From Nitrosomonas sp. (GTDB taxonomy: Bacteria > Pseudomonadota > Gammaproteobacteria > Burkholderiales > Nitrosomonadaceae): a stretch of 55,583 nt of DNA. A program made the translations under genes and the position numbers. A model generated the notes under the pieces. That model was not told where the DNA came from. It searched no databases and saw only the letters and a list, made by a program, of their open reading frames with translations. This document shows, piece after piece, positions 10,932 through 22,623 of this stretch; positions within the stretch are counted from its first letter, which is position 1; the number at the start of each line of letters is the position of its first letter. The stretch is taken from the NCBI GenBank assembly GCA_032251195.1, contig JAVVEX010000001.1, forward strand, positions 1-55,583, read 5' to 3'.

Positions 10932-12191
10932 TCAAATATTGAATTCGCTTAATTTTTTACCCACTGCGACATTTTTCAGCCTGACATAATCAGGCAAGCC
11001 GTGTTTGTAGGGAGGATAATCTTCGCCTTCTATCAGTGGGCTGAGATAGTCACGGCATTTATCGGTAATATCAAACCCATCGGCACTGATAAAATCTGCC
11101 GGCATCATTTTCTCGACATTGGCAACGTCGGCAAGCTTGGCCATGCCGGGTTTCCAGGCATAAGGAGCATTGGATACGCGCTCTATCGTGGGCATAACTG
11201 AGTTATGTCCGGCAATGGCGTATTCGACTGCTGCCTTGCCCATGGCATAAGCCTGTTCAACGTCTGTTCTGGAAGCGATATGACGTGCGGCGCGTTGCAG
11301 GTAATCCGCAACCCCCCAATGGTATTTCAGTCCAAACCCATCCTTGACGATATTTGCAACAACGGGTGCTACGCCACCGAGTTGTGCATGGCCAAAGGCA
11401 TCGCGCAGACCCTGATCCGCCAGAAATTTACCATCGGTATTTTTGACGCCCTCGGAAACGACAACAGAACAATAGCCATGCTCTTTAACGTACTGATCTA
11501 CTTTGGCAAGGAATTTCTGTTTGTCAAAGGTGATTTCCGGAAACAGGATGATGATCGGAATCGGACAATCTTCACTGGAGGCGAGTCCGCCGGCAGCAGC
11601 AATCCAGCCGGCATGCCGTCCCATGACTTCGAGTACAAAAACCTTGGTGGAGGTTTTGGACATGCTGGCAACATCAAAGCTTGCCTCGCGCGTCGATACC
11701 GCAATATATTTGGCAACCGAACCAAAGCCGGGGCAACAATCGGTGATAGGCAGATCATTATCGACCGTTTTGGGTACGTGAATGGCTTGCAACGGGTAAC
11801 CAAGCGTGTCAGACAGCTGCGAGACTTTCAGGCAGGTATCAGCCGAGTCGCCTCCGCCGTTATAGAAAAAATAGCCAATATTATGCGCCTTGAATACTTC
11901 GATGAGGCGTTCGTATTCGCGCTTGTTGTTTTCGAGACTCTTGAGCTTGTAGCGGCACGAGCCAAAAGCGCCCGAAGGTGTATGGCGCAGCGCGCGAATG
12001 GCTTCGACTGATTCGGCGCTGGTGTCGATCAGATCTTCGGTCAATGCGCCGATGATGCCGTTGCGTCCCGCATAAATTTTGCCAATTTTATCTGCATGTG
12101 TGCGAGCGGTTTCCAATACCCCTGCTGCGGAGGCGTTGATGACGGCGGTGACGCCGCCAGATTGGGCATAGAAAGCATTCTTTATTGCCAT
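10932..12191 (-). CDS. pfp: 6-phosphofructokinase, probably PPi-dependent
   Basis: QSGG, NGGGDS (Asp at the donor-specificity position), PKTVDND, MGRHAG; adjacent to hppA. Confidence 0.85.
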   Translation of the reverse strand: MAIKNAFYAQSGGVTAVINASAAGVLETARTHADKIGKIYAGRNGIIGALTEDLIDTSAESVEAIRALRHTPSGAFGSCRYKLKSLENNKREYERLIEVFKAHNIGYFFYNGGGDSADTCLKVSQLSDTLGYPLQAIHVPKTVDNDLPITDCCPGFGSVAKYIAVSTREASFDVASMSKTSTKVFVLEVMGRHAGWIAAAGGLASSEDCPIPIIILFPEITFDKQKFLAKVDQYVKEHGYCSVVVSEGVKNTDGKFLADQGLRDAFGHAQLGGVAPVVANIVKDGFGLKYHWGVADYLQRAARHIASRTDVEQAYAMGKAAVEYAIAGHNSVMPTIERVSNAPYAWKPGMAKLADVANVEKMMPADFISADGFDITDKCRDYLSPLIEGEDYPPYKHGLPDYVRLKNVAVGKKLSEFNI

Positions 12192-12364
12192 GGTTTAGGT
12201 CTCTCCTTGCTAGTCAAAGATATACTGCTTCCTGTTTTTGCAGTCATGTGTCAACATGGTGTCCGGCACTCAACCCAGACTTGATCGCAACATGCTGCTA
12301 CTCGATAAAGGTATTTCCCTGCATATTCATCATGCCTTGTTTTTATATTTAGAAGCTTAAATTT

Positions 12365-13024
12365 TCAGGTGCCTTTAAGTGCGGTGATAATATCGTTACG
12401 AATGGCCCGGACATCTCCAGTACCATTTACTTTGATATAACCCGGTGCATTTGCTTCGCCACTGACAGACCAATCAGCGTAATAGTCGATGAGCGGTTTG
12501 GTTTGGCTGTGATAGATTTCCAGCCGCTTGCGTACAGTTTCTTCCTTGTCATCGTCGCGTAGTACCAGTGCTTCTCCCGTGACGTCATCAATACCGGGTT
12601 GTTTGGGCGGATTAAAGATGATGTGATAAACCCGTCCGGAGGCCGGATGCACGCGACGTCCTGAAAGGCGATTAATAATTTCGGCATCCGGCACGTCAAT
12701 CTCGACGATATAATCAATGACGACCATTGCTGCTTTAAGGGCATCTGCCTGTGGAATGGTGCGAGGGAATCCGTCAAACAGGAAGCCGTTGCGACAATCA
12801 GGCCGATTGATCCGTTCCTGTACCAGATTGATAATGATATCATCTGGAATGAGCGCACCGGAATCCATGATTTTCCTGGCCATAATACCTAGTTCGGCAC
12901 CTTCCTTGACGGCCTGACGAAGAATGTCGCCAGTCGAAATTTGCGGTATGGAGAAATTATCCCGGATAAAACCTGCCTGAGTGCCTTTCCCGGCTCCCGG
13001 TGCGCCTAGCAGAATAATACGAAT
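12365..13024 (-). CDS. adk: Adenylate kinase (apparent ATT start)
   Basis: [24 protein letters not shown] domain, RDDD; homology begins at IRIILLG after AAGGAG. Confidence 0.95.
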   Translation of the reverse strand: MRIILLGAPGAGKGTQAGFIRDNFSIPQISTGDILRQAVKEGAELGIMARKIMDSGALIPDDIIINLVQERINRPDCRNGFLFDGFPRTIPQADALKAAMVVIDYIVEIDVPDAEIINRLSGRRVHPASGRVYHIIFNPPKQPGIDDVTGEALVLRDDDKEETVRKRLEIYHSQTKPLIDYYADWSVSGEANAPGYIKVNGTGDVRAIRNDIITALKGT

Positions 13025-13234
13025 GACGTGTCTCCTTGTGTCTGAAGCTTTTGATGAGATAGTAATCTTGCCGGAGGGCACGTCCGCGCTTCCGGCGATA
13101 CCCTTCGGATTATATCCCAGGTAACGGGGTTCTTGAAATTTTTAATGATTTTCAGGTGCATAACATGGCGGCAGCCATGTGCATCTTTTTGACTGACTGT
13201 GCGATAATTTAACCGCTTCTTCTCGGGAAAGACT

Positions 13235-14263
13235 ATGGATGAAAATAGAAACAAAGCGCTTTCCGCAGCGCTGGCGCAAATTGAAAAACAATATGGCAAA
13301 GGTTCAATCATGCGCATGGGCGACAGTGATATTGCCAAGGATATTCAGGTGGTCTCGACCGGGTCACTGGGATTGGATATTGCGTTAGGCGTGGGCGGAT
13401 TGCCGCGTGGGCGGGTGATCGAGATTTATGGGCCGGAATCTTCAGGTAAAACAACGCTGACATTGCAAGTGATAGCCGAAATGCAGAAAATAGGCGGCAC
13501 GGCTGCTTTTATCGATGCTGAACATGCTCTGGATCCACAGTATGCACAAAAAATTGGCGTGCATGTGAAAGATTTGTTGATTTCGCAACCGGATAATGGT
13601 GAGCAGGCGTTGGAAATTACCGATATGCTGGTGCGATCCGGTTCGGTTGATGTGGTAGTGATTGATTCTGTTGCCGCGCTGACCCCGCGCGCCGAAATCG
13701 AAGGCGAAATGGGGGAGCCGCAGATGGGGTTGCAGGCCAGGTTGATGTCACAGGCGTTGCGCAAATTGACCGCCAATATCAAACGTACCAACACCATGGT
13801 GATTTTTATCAATCAGATTCGCATGAAAATTGGCGTTATGTTTGGCAACCCTGAAACAACCACTGGCGGCAACGCGTTAAAATTCTATGCCTCTGTGCGG
13901 CTGGATATCCGCCGGACTGGTTCGATCAAGCGTGGAGAGGAGATTATTGGCAACGAGACGCGCGTCAAAATCGTCAAGAACAAAGTTGCGCCACCGTTTA
14001 AACAGGCTGAATTCGATATCCTGTATGGCGAAGGGATTTCGCGTGAAAGTGAAATCATAGAGCTGGGAGTATTGCATAAACTGATTGAAAAATCAGGTGC
14101 CTGGTATTCCTGTAACGGTGAGAAAATTGGACAGGGCAGGGACAATGTGCGCGATTACCTGAAAGAACATAAAAGTCTGGCGCAGGAGATCGAGGCAAAA
14201 ATTCGCGCTGCTGTTGGGCTGGTTGAGGCTAACAAACCGGAGCAATCTCCGGTTGCGCAATGA
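13235..14263 (+). CDS. recA: Recombinase RecA
   Basis: [23 protein letters not shown]. Confidence 0.99.
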   Translation: MDENRNKALSAALAQIEKQYGKGSIMRMGDSDIAKDIQVVSTGSLGLDIALGVGGLPRGRVIEIYGPESSGKTTLTLQVIAEMQKIGGTAAFIDAEHALDPQYAQKIGVHVKDLLISQPDNGEQALEITDMLVRSGSVDVVVIDSVAALTPRAEIEGEMGEPQMGLQARLMSQALRKLTANIKRTNTMVIFINQIRMKIGVMFGNPETTTGGNALKFYASVRLDIRRTGSIKRGEEIIGNETRVKIVKNKVAPPFKQAEFDILYGEGISRESEIIELGVLHKLIEKSGAWYSCNGEKIGQGRDNVRDYLKEHKSLAQEIEAKIRAAVGLVEANKPEQSPVAQ

Positions 14264-14718
14264 GTAACCAGCCTGGATTGATGACGCGCGCCTTGAAGTT
14301 GCTGGCGCAGCGTGAGCATTCTCGGCTGGAATTGCAGACAAAACTTTCTGGGCATGCGCCAACACCAGAAGCGTTAACCAGCCTATTGGATTCGCTTGAG
14401 GAGCGCAATCTGCTCTCGGATGAAAGAACTGTCGAACAAATTGTAACGTCACGCAGAAACCGATATGGAAGCAGACGTATCGCGTTTGAGTTGCAGTCAA
14501 AGGGAATTGCCGGGCATTTGATTGCCGCCGCGCTGAATGATCTCAAAGTGACTGAATTGTCGAGCGCGCAGGCAATATGGCGTAAAAAATTTGGAGCGGC
14601 ACCGGTCAGCCATGTGGAACGTGGTAAACAGGAACGTTATCTGGCTGGCAGAGGATTTTCTTTTGACGTGATTGGCCAGGTGCTGGCCGATACTGGAAAG
14701 GCGGGCAATCGGGATTGA
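14260..14718 (+). CDS. recX: Regulatory protein RecX
   Basis: [25 protein letters not shown]; overlaps recA stop. Confidence 0.92.
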   Translation: MSNQPGLMTRALKLLAQREHSRLELQTKLSGHAPTPEALTSLLDSLEERNLLSDERTVEQIVTSRRNRYGSRRIAFELQSKGIAGHLIAAALNDLKVTELSSAQAIWRKKFGAAPVSHVERGKQERYLAGRGFSFDVIGQVLADTGKAGNRD

Positions 14719-14740
14719 TGGGATTAATATAAACAGAGCT

Positions 14741-17332
14741 ATGAAAAGCAGCGAAATCAGGCAGAAATTTTTGGGATTTTTTGAGGCGCATGGCCATGCT
14801 GTCGTTCCGTCCAGCCCGCTGGTACCGGGAAATGACCCAACCTTGCTTTTTACCAATGCTGGCATGGTGCAGTTCAAGGAGATATTTCTTGGCAAGGAGG
14901 ATCGGTCGTATGTTCGCGCTGCTAGCGCCCAGCGTTGTGTGCGTGCCGGTGGCAAGCATAACGATCTGGAAAATGTTGGTTATACCGCACGCCACCATAC
15001 ATTTTTTGAAATGCTGGGTAATTTCAGCTTTGGCGATTATTTCAAGCGTAATGCCATTCTATTTGCATGGGAGTTTTTAACCGAAACCTTGCATCTTCCC
15101 GGGGACAAACTGTGGGTGACGGTTTATGCTGAAGATGATGAGGCCGCTGATATCTGGCTGAATGAGGTGAGAATTCCGTCTTCCCGCCTGGTGCGCATCG
15201 CAACAAATGATAATTTCTGGCAAATGGGCGATACAGGGCCTTGCGGGCCTTGTTCTGAAATATTCTATGACCATGGGCCGGACGTTGCGGGCGGTCCGCC
15301 AGGTTCGGAAAACGCTGACGGTGACCGCTTCATCGAGATATGGAATCTGGTATTCATGCAATACAATCGCGATAGTGTCGGCGAGTTGCATCCCTTGCCG
15401 AAACCTTCGGTAGATACCGGCATGGGACTGGAGCGGATTGCCGCCGTGATGCAAGGGGTGCACAGTAATTATGAGATAGACCTGTTCCAGAATCTGATCC
15501 GGGCAGCGGCCAGGGTGACAAATACGCCGGATTTAACCAATAATTCACTCAAAGTGATCAGTGATCACATCCGTGCTTGCGCATTCCTGATTGCTGACGG
15601 CGTCATTCCCGGGAATGAAGGCCGTGGTTATGTGTTGCGCCGCATCATACGTCGCGCGATTCGTCATGGTTATCGGTTGGAACAGAAGCAGCCTTTTTTT
15701 TATTTACTGGTGAACGATCTGGCCGAGTGCATGGGGCAGGCTTATCCTGAATTGTTGGCAGCCAGAACGCAGATTGAGGCGACGCTGAGGCAGGAAGAAG
15801 AACGATTTGCGGAAACACTGGAAAATGGCATGCAGATACTGGAAGCAGCGCTTGCCAGCGAAAAACATCAACTTACGGGCGAGGTGGTATTCCGTTTGTA
15901 CGATACTTTCGGTTTTCCGGTTGACCTGACGGCGGATATCGCCAGAGAACGCGGCATCAGTGTTGATCAGGCCGGATTTGATACAGCCATGGCGCAGCAG
16001 CGGGAGCGTGCCCGCGCCAGTGGCAAGTTTTTCATGCAGACCGGCATTGATTACCATGGGGTTCCCACGCAGTTTGATGGCTATGACTCGCTGCAACAGA
16101 AAGCGAGCATTCATGCACTTTACAAGCAAGGTGCGCCTGCTGATTTTATTGAGGCAGGCGAGGAAGCGTTAATTGTATTGGATAAAACGCCTTTTTATGC
16201 CGAGTCTGGCGGACAGGTGGGAGATAGCGGCCAGTTACTGGCAGGTAACGGCACCTTTGTGGTGGCCGATACCCGAAAATTGCAGTCGCATGTGTTTGCC
16301 CACAAGGGCGTGCTCAGTCATGGAAGGATGGCTATCGGTGATAAGGTGATTGCCACGGTTGACGCGCAAATACGCGCCAATACTGCCCGCAATCATTCTG
16401 CCACGCACTTGCTGCATGCCGCGCTCCGGCAGGTGCTGGGGTCACACGTGACACAAAAAGGTTCTCTGGTTGACGCCAAGCGGCTGCGTTTTGATTTTTC
16501 CCATCATCACGCCATGCAGCCAGATGAAATGAGTGCTGTTGAGAACATCGTCAACGCGCAGATCCGGCAGAATCATGAGGTCGTGACCCGATTGATGGCC
16601 TGTGACGAGGCTGTGAAACAGGGAGCGATGGCGTTGTTCAATGAGAAATACGAGGATGAAGTGCGGGTGGTGGCAATGGGAGATTTCTCGGTGGAGTTGT
16701 GCGGCGGGACGCATATTGCCCGCTGTGGCGCAATTGGTTTCTTCCGGATCGTTGCCGAATCTGGTATCGCCGCCGGTATTCGTCGTATCGAGGCTCTGAC
16801 AGGCGAGGCTGCGCTTGATCATACGCAGCAACAGGAACAGGCATTGCGGGAGGCCGCCAGCCTGTTAAAAACATCGCCACAGGAAATTACTGTAAAGCTG
16901 ACGCAGATGCTGGATCATGCCAGACGAATGGAGAAAGAGCTGGGTGTCTTGCAATCGAGACTGGCGAGCCTGCAAAGTGCGGCGTTGATTAGTCAGGCGC
17001 GGCTGATCAAGGGCGTTAACGTGCTGGCGATTATGCTTGATAGCGCGAATAGCAAAAACATGCGAGGGATGCTTGATGATTTCAAATCCAGGCTGACACC
17101 TTGTGTCGTTGTGCTGGGCACGGTTGAAAATACTAAAGTAGCTTTGATTGCAGGTGTTTCCGAGGAATTGGCCGCGAAATTGAAAGCGGGCGATGTAGTA
17201 AATTTTGTCGCCCGGCAGGTTGGTGGCAAAGGGGGAGGGCGTGCGGACATGGCACAGGCTGGCGGCACGCTACCTGAGAATCTGCCACGGGCGCTGGCAA
17301 GTGTTGCGAATTGGGTGGAGCAGAATCTGTAG
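14741..17332 (+). CDS. alaS: Alanine--tRNA ligase
   Basis: [37 protein letters not shown] editing domain, GGKGGG. Confidence 0.99.
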   Translation: MKSSEIRQKFLGFFEAHGHAVVPSSPLVPGNDPTLLFTNAGMVQFKEIFLGKEDRSYVRAASAQRCVRAGGKHNDLENVGYTARHHTFFEMLGNFSFGDYFKRNAILFAWEFLTETLHLPGDKLWVTVYAEDDEAADIWLNEVRIPSSRLVRIATNDNFWQMGDTGPCGPCSEIFYDHGPDVAGGPPGSENADGDRFIEIWNLVFMQYNRDSVGELHPLPKPSVDTGMGLERIAAVMQGVHSNYEIDLFQNLIRAAARVTNTPDLTNNSLKVISDHIRACAFLIADGVIPGNEGRGYVLRRIIRRAIRHGYRLEQKQPFFYLLVNDLAECMGQAYPELLAARTQIEATLRQEEERFAETLENGMQILEAALASEKHQLTGEVVFRLYDTFGFPVDLTADIARERGISVDQAGFDTAMAQQRERARASGKFFMQTGIDYHGVPTQFDGYDSLQQKASIHALYKQGAPADFIEAGEEALIVLDKTPFYAESGGQVGDSGQLLAGNGTFVVADTRKLQSHVFAHKGVLSHGRMAIGDKVIATVDAQIRANTARNHSATHLLHAALRQVLGSHVTQKGSLVDAKRLRFDFSHHHAMQPDEMSAVENIVNAQIRQNHEVVTRLMACDEAVKQGAMALFNEKYEDEVRVVAMGDFSVELCGGTHIARCGAIGFFRIVAESGIAAGIRRIEALTGEAALDHTQQQEQALREAASLLKTSPQEITVKLTQMLDHARRMEKELGVLQSRLASLQSAALISQARLIKGVNVLAIMLDSANSKNMRGMLDDFKSRLTPCVVVLGTVENTKVALIAGVSEELAAKLKAGDVVNFVARQVGGKGGGRADMAQAGGTLPENLPRALASVANWVEQNL

Positions 17333-17363
17333 CCGTTTTTTGATCCGATTGTGAAAAAACAGC

Positions 17364-18023
17364 ATGAACAGTATACGTAGAAACGTGCTCAAAAACGGGC
17401 TGCTTAGCGGAGTCATCGGCTTTTTCTGCATGGCCTGCAATCGGCTGGTTGCGGCAAAAGTATTGCTCAGCGCGACTCCCGGTGAAGTTGAAGGTCCGTT
17501 CTATCCGGTCAGTCTGCCACGCGATCAGGATTACGATCTGACTCGGATAGCCGGGCGTGCCGGCGTCGCGCAGGGTGATCCTGTTCTGATTGCTGGCCGG
17601 GTGATGAGTATCCAGGGGCATCCGATCAGGCAGGCGCGGGTGGAAATCTGGCAGGCAAATTCAGCGGGGCGTTATCTGCATCCGCAAGATACCAATCCGG
17701 CAGAAATCGACCCTGATTTTCAGGGATTTGCCGCCGTGTTAACCGATGCCGACGGCGCGTTTCTCTTCAAAACAGTGCTTCCGGGTGCTTATCCGGCATC
17801 TTCTGCCTGGGTACGACCACCCCATGTACATTTCAAGATCATGCACAAGCGATACGCAACGCTGATTACGCAGATGTATTTCCCGGATCATCCGCTTAAT
17901 GAGCGTGATCTGCTGTTCATGACCAAGAGTCCGGAGCAGCAGGCATTGATGATTGCCCGTAAAAACACTTCGTCCGACAAGCCGGCAGTATACGAACATA
18001 CTATCGTGCTTGAAAATAGATAA
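17364..18023 (+). CDS. Intradiol ring-cleavage dioxygenase family protein (protocatechuate 3,4-dioxygenase-like) with Tat-like signal
   Basis: RRNVLK N-terminus; EGPFY, EIWQAN..GRY, PGAYP, RPPHVH Fe-ligand motifs. Confidence 0.85.
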   Translation: MNSIRRNVLKNGLLSGVIGFFCMACNRLVAAKVLLSATPGEVEGPFYPVSLPRDQDYDLTRIAGRAGVAQGDPVLIAGRVMSIQGHPIRQARVEIWQANSAGRYLHPQDTNPAEIDPDFQGFAAVLTDADGAFLFKTVLPGAYPASSAWVRPPHVHFKIMHKRYATLITQMYFPDHPLNERDLLFMTKSPEQQALMIARKNTSSDKPAVYEHTIVLENR

Positions 18024-19010
<987 letters not shown>

Positions 19011-19064
19011 ATATGGATCTGAATATGGTCGGGTCGGCGTTTTCAGCAGAGCAATGACGCAGAC

Positions 19065-19667
19065 ATGGATGATGAGCTGCCTCCACGAAACAGGAAAGGT
19101 GGTAACGCTCAGGCAGAGCGGGCACTTTTCCTGGAAGCCATGCGTGGTGTCAAACGGCTGAAACCGGCAGAAAAAATTGATCAGATAACATCATCCGCAT
19201 CTTGTCCGACAATCAATAAGCCCGGAAACCGGGTGGCAGGTACCGTGGCAATACCGGACACCTTTTCCGATCACCTGTTGTTAACGGAAACAATGGAAAA
19301 CGGCAATTGGTCGTTTATCCGGCCTGGTTTGCAGCGGCAGACATTGCGCAGGTTGCGTCGCGGTGACTGGCCTGTTCAGGCGCAACTGGATTTGCATGGG
19401 TTGACGCGCGAGGCAGCCCGTCGCGCATTGATCGTGTTTCTGGCCGACTGTATTCAACAGGGCTATCGCTGTGTGCGTGTTATTCATGGGAAAGGACTCG
19501 GCTCCACCGACAAGCAACCCGTGCTGAAAATGCTGACCGGTAACTGGCTTGCGCAACATGAGTCGGTGCTGGCTTTTTGCCAGGCACGACAGGAGAAAGG
19601 CGGGAGCGGCGCACTGGAAGTGTTGCTCAAGAAACGTCAACTGGATGAAAAAACTTCAGAGTCTTAG
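19065..19667 (+). CDS. Smr/MutS-domain endonuclease
   Basis: LDLHG, IHGKG, GGSGA motifs. Confidence 0.9.
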   Translation: MDDELPPRNRKGGNAQAERALFLEAMRGVKRLKPAEKIDQITSSASCPTINKPGNRVAGTVAIPDTFSDHLLLTETMENGNWSFIRPGLQRQTLRRLRRGDWPVQAQLDLHGLTREAARRALIVFLADCIQQGYRCVRVIHGKGLGSTDKQPVLKMLTGNWLAQHESVLAFCQARQEKGGSGALEVLLKKRQLDEKTSES

Positions 19668-19708
19668 GAGGCTGGTCAGAATATTCCAGTGATTGTTTCT
19701 CGACGCCT
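19666..19708 (+). repeat. Short remnant of a family B element
   Basis: AGGAGGCTGGTCAGAAT...TTCTCGACGCCT resembles both family B ends; starts at the smr TAG. Confidence 0.4.
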
Positions 19709-19785
19709 TAAATCAGGTTCATCCGGGTTCAGACACTTGGCATCAAGGAAATGGCTGTCAAGACAGAGGAAGGCAACATTAACAA

Positions 19786-20748
19786 TTACACTGTCTGCTC
19801 AAATTGTGCAATATGAAAAAGTGCTTCTCCTTCATGCACCAGGGGCAACTCTGATCGCCCGATGATCAGTCCGTTGCAGGATGCAATGACTGGTATTTCC
19901 AGGTCGGAAGAAGGATCCCTGATGATGCCGAGTACGTCCTGGTGACTAATATGCTCCCCCAGGCGGCGTGCTGCACAAAAGATGCCGCCACCGGGCGCGC
20001 GGATCCATTGACTGTCATGCGCGAGCAATGATCGGGAAGCCACTGTGCCTTGTGATTTTCTGGGCAGCATGCCCAGCGCCCTCATGACGCCCATGATGCC
20101 ACGCAGGCCCACGCGAATGGCGTGCTCATCAAAGCGCAGCGCTTCGCCCGCCTCGTAGAGCAGCATCGGAATGCCCAACCCGGAGACTGCCTCGCGTAAC
20201 GAACCATCCTGTAGATTGGCATTGAGCAGCACCGGCACATTGAAGGATTTTGCAAGCCGCAAGGTTTCCGGTTCACTTAGATTGGCGCGTATTTGTGGCA
20301 AGTTGTTACGGTGGGTTGCGCCGGTGTGCAGGTCGATACCATGGGTACACTTGGTAACAATTTCGGTCATGAAAAGATCAGCGAGACGCGCGGTTAGTGA
20401 TCCTTTTTTTGAGCCCGGGAAAGAACGGTTGAGGTCGCGCCTGTCCGGCAGGTAACGTGACTGTTGAATTACGCCGTAGACATTTACCATGGGGATGGCA
20501 ATCAGATCACCACGCAGCTTCTTCAATACCGGCTGTTTCAGCAAGCGCCGGACAATTTCAACGCCATTCAACTCGTTGCCATGGATGGCAGCGCTGACAA
20601 ATAATCTTGGTCCGGGTTTTTTGCCGCTGATGACATGAATGGGCATGGTCATCAGTGTATGCGTGTACAGCTTTGGCAATGGCAGATCGATGGTAGTAAT
20701 CGTGCCCGGCTTGATACTTTGATTATTGATGATCAGCGTAGAAGTCAC
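19786..20748 (-). CDS. Succinylglutamate desuccinylase/aspartoacylase (M14-like) family protein
   Basis: HGNE, DLNR, DLH, YEAG motifs; probable GTG start at 20748 just after rimK. Confidence 0.88.
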   Translation of the reverse strand: MTSTLIINNQSIKPGTITTIDLPLPKLYTHTLMTMPIHVISGKKPGPRLFVSAAIHGNELNGVEIVRRLLKQPVLKKLRGDLIAIPMVNVYGVIQQSRYLPDRRDLNRSFPGSKKGSLTARLADLFMTEIVTKCTHGIDLHTGATHRNNLPQIRANLSEPETLRLAKSFNVPVLLNANLQDGSLREAVSGLGIPMLLYEAGEALRFDEHAIRVGLRGIMGVMRALGMLPRKSQGTVASRSLLAHDSQWIRAPGGGIFCAARRLGEHISHQDVLGIIRDPSSDLEIPVIASCNGLIIGRSELPLVHEGEALFHIAQFEQTV

Positions 20749-20755
20749 TGGCTGC

Positions 20756-21676
20756 CTACCCCTTGCCGCGTGTGCGCGATTTATCGGGTGTGTTTTCCAG
20801 AAATTTGATTTTTTTCTCGATGAACTGAATGATAAGGGAAGCAATGTCCTTGCCGCTGACGGCTTCAATCCCCTGCAGGCCGGGGGAAGAATTAACTTCC
20901 ATGACGACTGGTCCGTGGTTGGATCTTAGCAGATCGACACCACAGACATTGAGTCCCATTATTTTGGCAGCGCGCACAGCAGTCGAACGTTCTTCGGGCG
21001 TAAGCTGTATCAATGTGGCCTGTCCACCACGATGCAGGTTTGAACGAAACTCGCCTTCGGGCGCCTGGCGTTTCATGGCAGCCACTACCTTGTCGTCAAT
21101 GACGAAGCAGCGTATATCGCTACCGCCGGCTTCTTTTATGTATTCCTGTATCATGATGTTTGCGTTGAGCCCCATGAAAGCCTGAATGACACTCTCGGCT
21201 GCTTTTTTGGTTTCCGCCAGAACGACACCAATTCCTTGCGTGCCTTCCAGTAACTTGATCACCAATGGTGCACCGCCTACCTGCGCAATCAAATCATCGA
21301 TATCGTCAGGATTATGCGCAAAACCCGTAACGGGTAAACCAATCCCTTTTCTGGCCAGTAATTGCAGCGAACGCAGTTTGTCGCGCGAACGCGTGACCGC
21401 AACCGATTCGTTCAATGGAAAAACATTCATCATTTCAAATTGCCTGAGAACTGCCGTTCCGTAGAATGTAACCGATGCGCCAATGCGGGGTATAACCGCA
21501 TCGAAAGTTTCCAGCTTTCCGCCGCGATAATGAATGCCAGGTTGATGTGAAGTGATGTTCATGTAACAGCGCAACACATCCAGCACCTTCACTTCATGTC
21601 CGCGCGAGACTGCTGCCTCCACCAGTCGTCTGGTGGAATAGAGTTTGGAATTGCGGGATAAGATTGCCACTTTCAT
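20756..21676 (-). CDS. rimK: ATP-grasp alpha-L-glutamate ligase RimK
   Basis: [32 protein letters not shown]. Confidence 0.95.
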   Translation of the reverse strand: MKVAILSRNSKLYSTRRLVEAAVSRGHEVKVLDVLRCYMNITSHQPGIHYRGGKLETFDAVIPRIGASVTFYGTAVLRQFEMMNVFPLNESVAVTRSRDKLRSLQLLARKGIGLPVTGFAHNPDDIDDLIAQVGGAPLVIKLLEGTQGIGVVLAETKKAAESVIQAFMGLNANIMIQEYIKEAGGSDIRCFVIDDKVVAAMKRQAPEGEFRSNLHRGGQATLIQLTPEERSTAVRAAKIMGLNVCGVDLLRSNHGPVVMEVNSSPGLQGIEAVSGKDIASLIIQFIEKKIKFLENTPDKSRTRGKG

Positions 21677-22161
21677 TCTGGATCACCTGTTGATTGCCTG
21701 GCCAGCAGCGAATGCTTGCCGAATAGATAAGAAGCACGGGAATCGACGATGAAACGACCATTCAACGCAGTTCGCCCGAGTAACATCCTGAATCGCATGT
21801 CATCACGACAAGTCAGCGTCATTTCAGCCACAAAGGCATGATGTCCAATGCACATCTGCGTCTCGATGATGTAGCGCAGCTGTTTGTGACCGCCGGAATC
21901 ACTGACCATGCGTTGATCCTTGACCGCAGCATGGCACTCGATACAGTTCCTGGTATTATATTGATTCGAATGTATCGCAAATCTTACCCATGGTTGATGA
22001 CATTTCCGATACGGTTCAACCCTGAAGGCATGAAGAGTTGATGTGCGTGCGCCAGTATCAATTTTTGCCTTGATTCCTGGAATATTCAAATCAGGTAATA
22101 TTAACCATTCCCGCCAACCAATCATGGGCAGATTTGTCGCCAATACATTTTCAGTGCACAT
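21673..22161 (-). CDS. RimK-associated retropepsin-like protease (RimB-like)
   Basis: [21 protein letters not shown]; overlaps rimK start. Confidence 0.85.
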   Translation of the reverse strand: MCTENVLATNLPMIGWREWLILPDLNIPGIKAKIDTGARTSTLHAFRVEPYRKCHQPWVRFAIHSNQYNTRNCIECHAAVKDQRMVSDSGGHKQLRYIIETQMCIGHHAFVAEMTLTCRDDMRFRMLLGRTALNGRFIVDSRASYLFGKHSLLARQSTGDPE

Positions 22162-22623
22162 AAAAAGTTTTCCTGCATCACATCTCAAACAATCTATATT
22201 TCGTCACAATACATGATTACTCACAAATATTCTTGCATGGTATCCACTTTATCCGTTTGAAGACAACTGATATAACTGTCAGGGCTTACCAAGTGTCCAT
22301 CGGTTTGTTAAAAATAGTCAAAGCCGATGGGCTTACTTACCGCTGGCGTTTCATTTCTATCCTATCATATGAAAAAACCGATTGTGCCAAGAAGGTTAGG
22401 TGTTAACAAGACAGCAGTGAGCTTATGTGAGAAGATTGCCGTCTGATTAATAATCCGTAACAGCTGCAATTAGAAAAAGCGCCATCAAGATCGGCTTGCT
22501 TTTTGTTTCTGCTTAAGAATACGAACAAAATTTGGGTTTGTAGAGGTGCTCTAATGTAATTGGCCGCATCTATCTAAAGATAGAAAGATAATCAGGTTGC
22601 ATAATTTCTAATACGACGCAAAG

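Noticed and set aside
11205-12011. 268-aa ORF antisense to pfp, and similar ones at 23449-24180, 51579-52187 and 37215-37763
   Set aside because: Shadow ORFs opposite well-conserved genes, with no recognisable motifs
13195-13215. Possible LexA box upstream of recA
   Set aside because: CTGT is present, but there is no ACAG at the N8 spacing
14672-14740. N-terminal extensions in the ORF track (alaS, flhB, secF, hydrolase 1, M14 peptidase)
   Set aside because: Homology and RBS position point to downstream starts; the extensions overlap neighbouring genes or promoter regions
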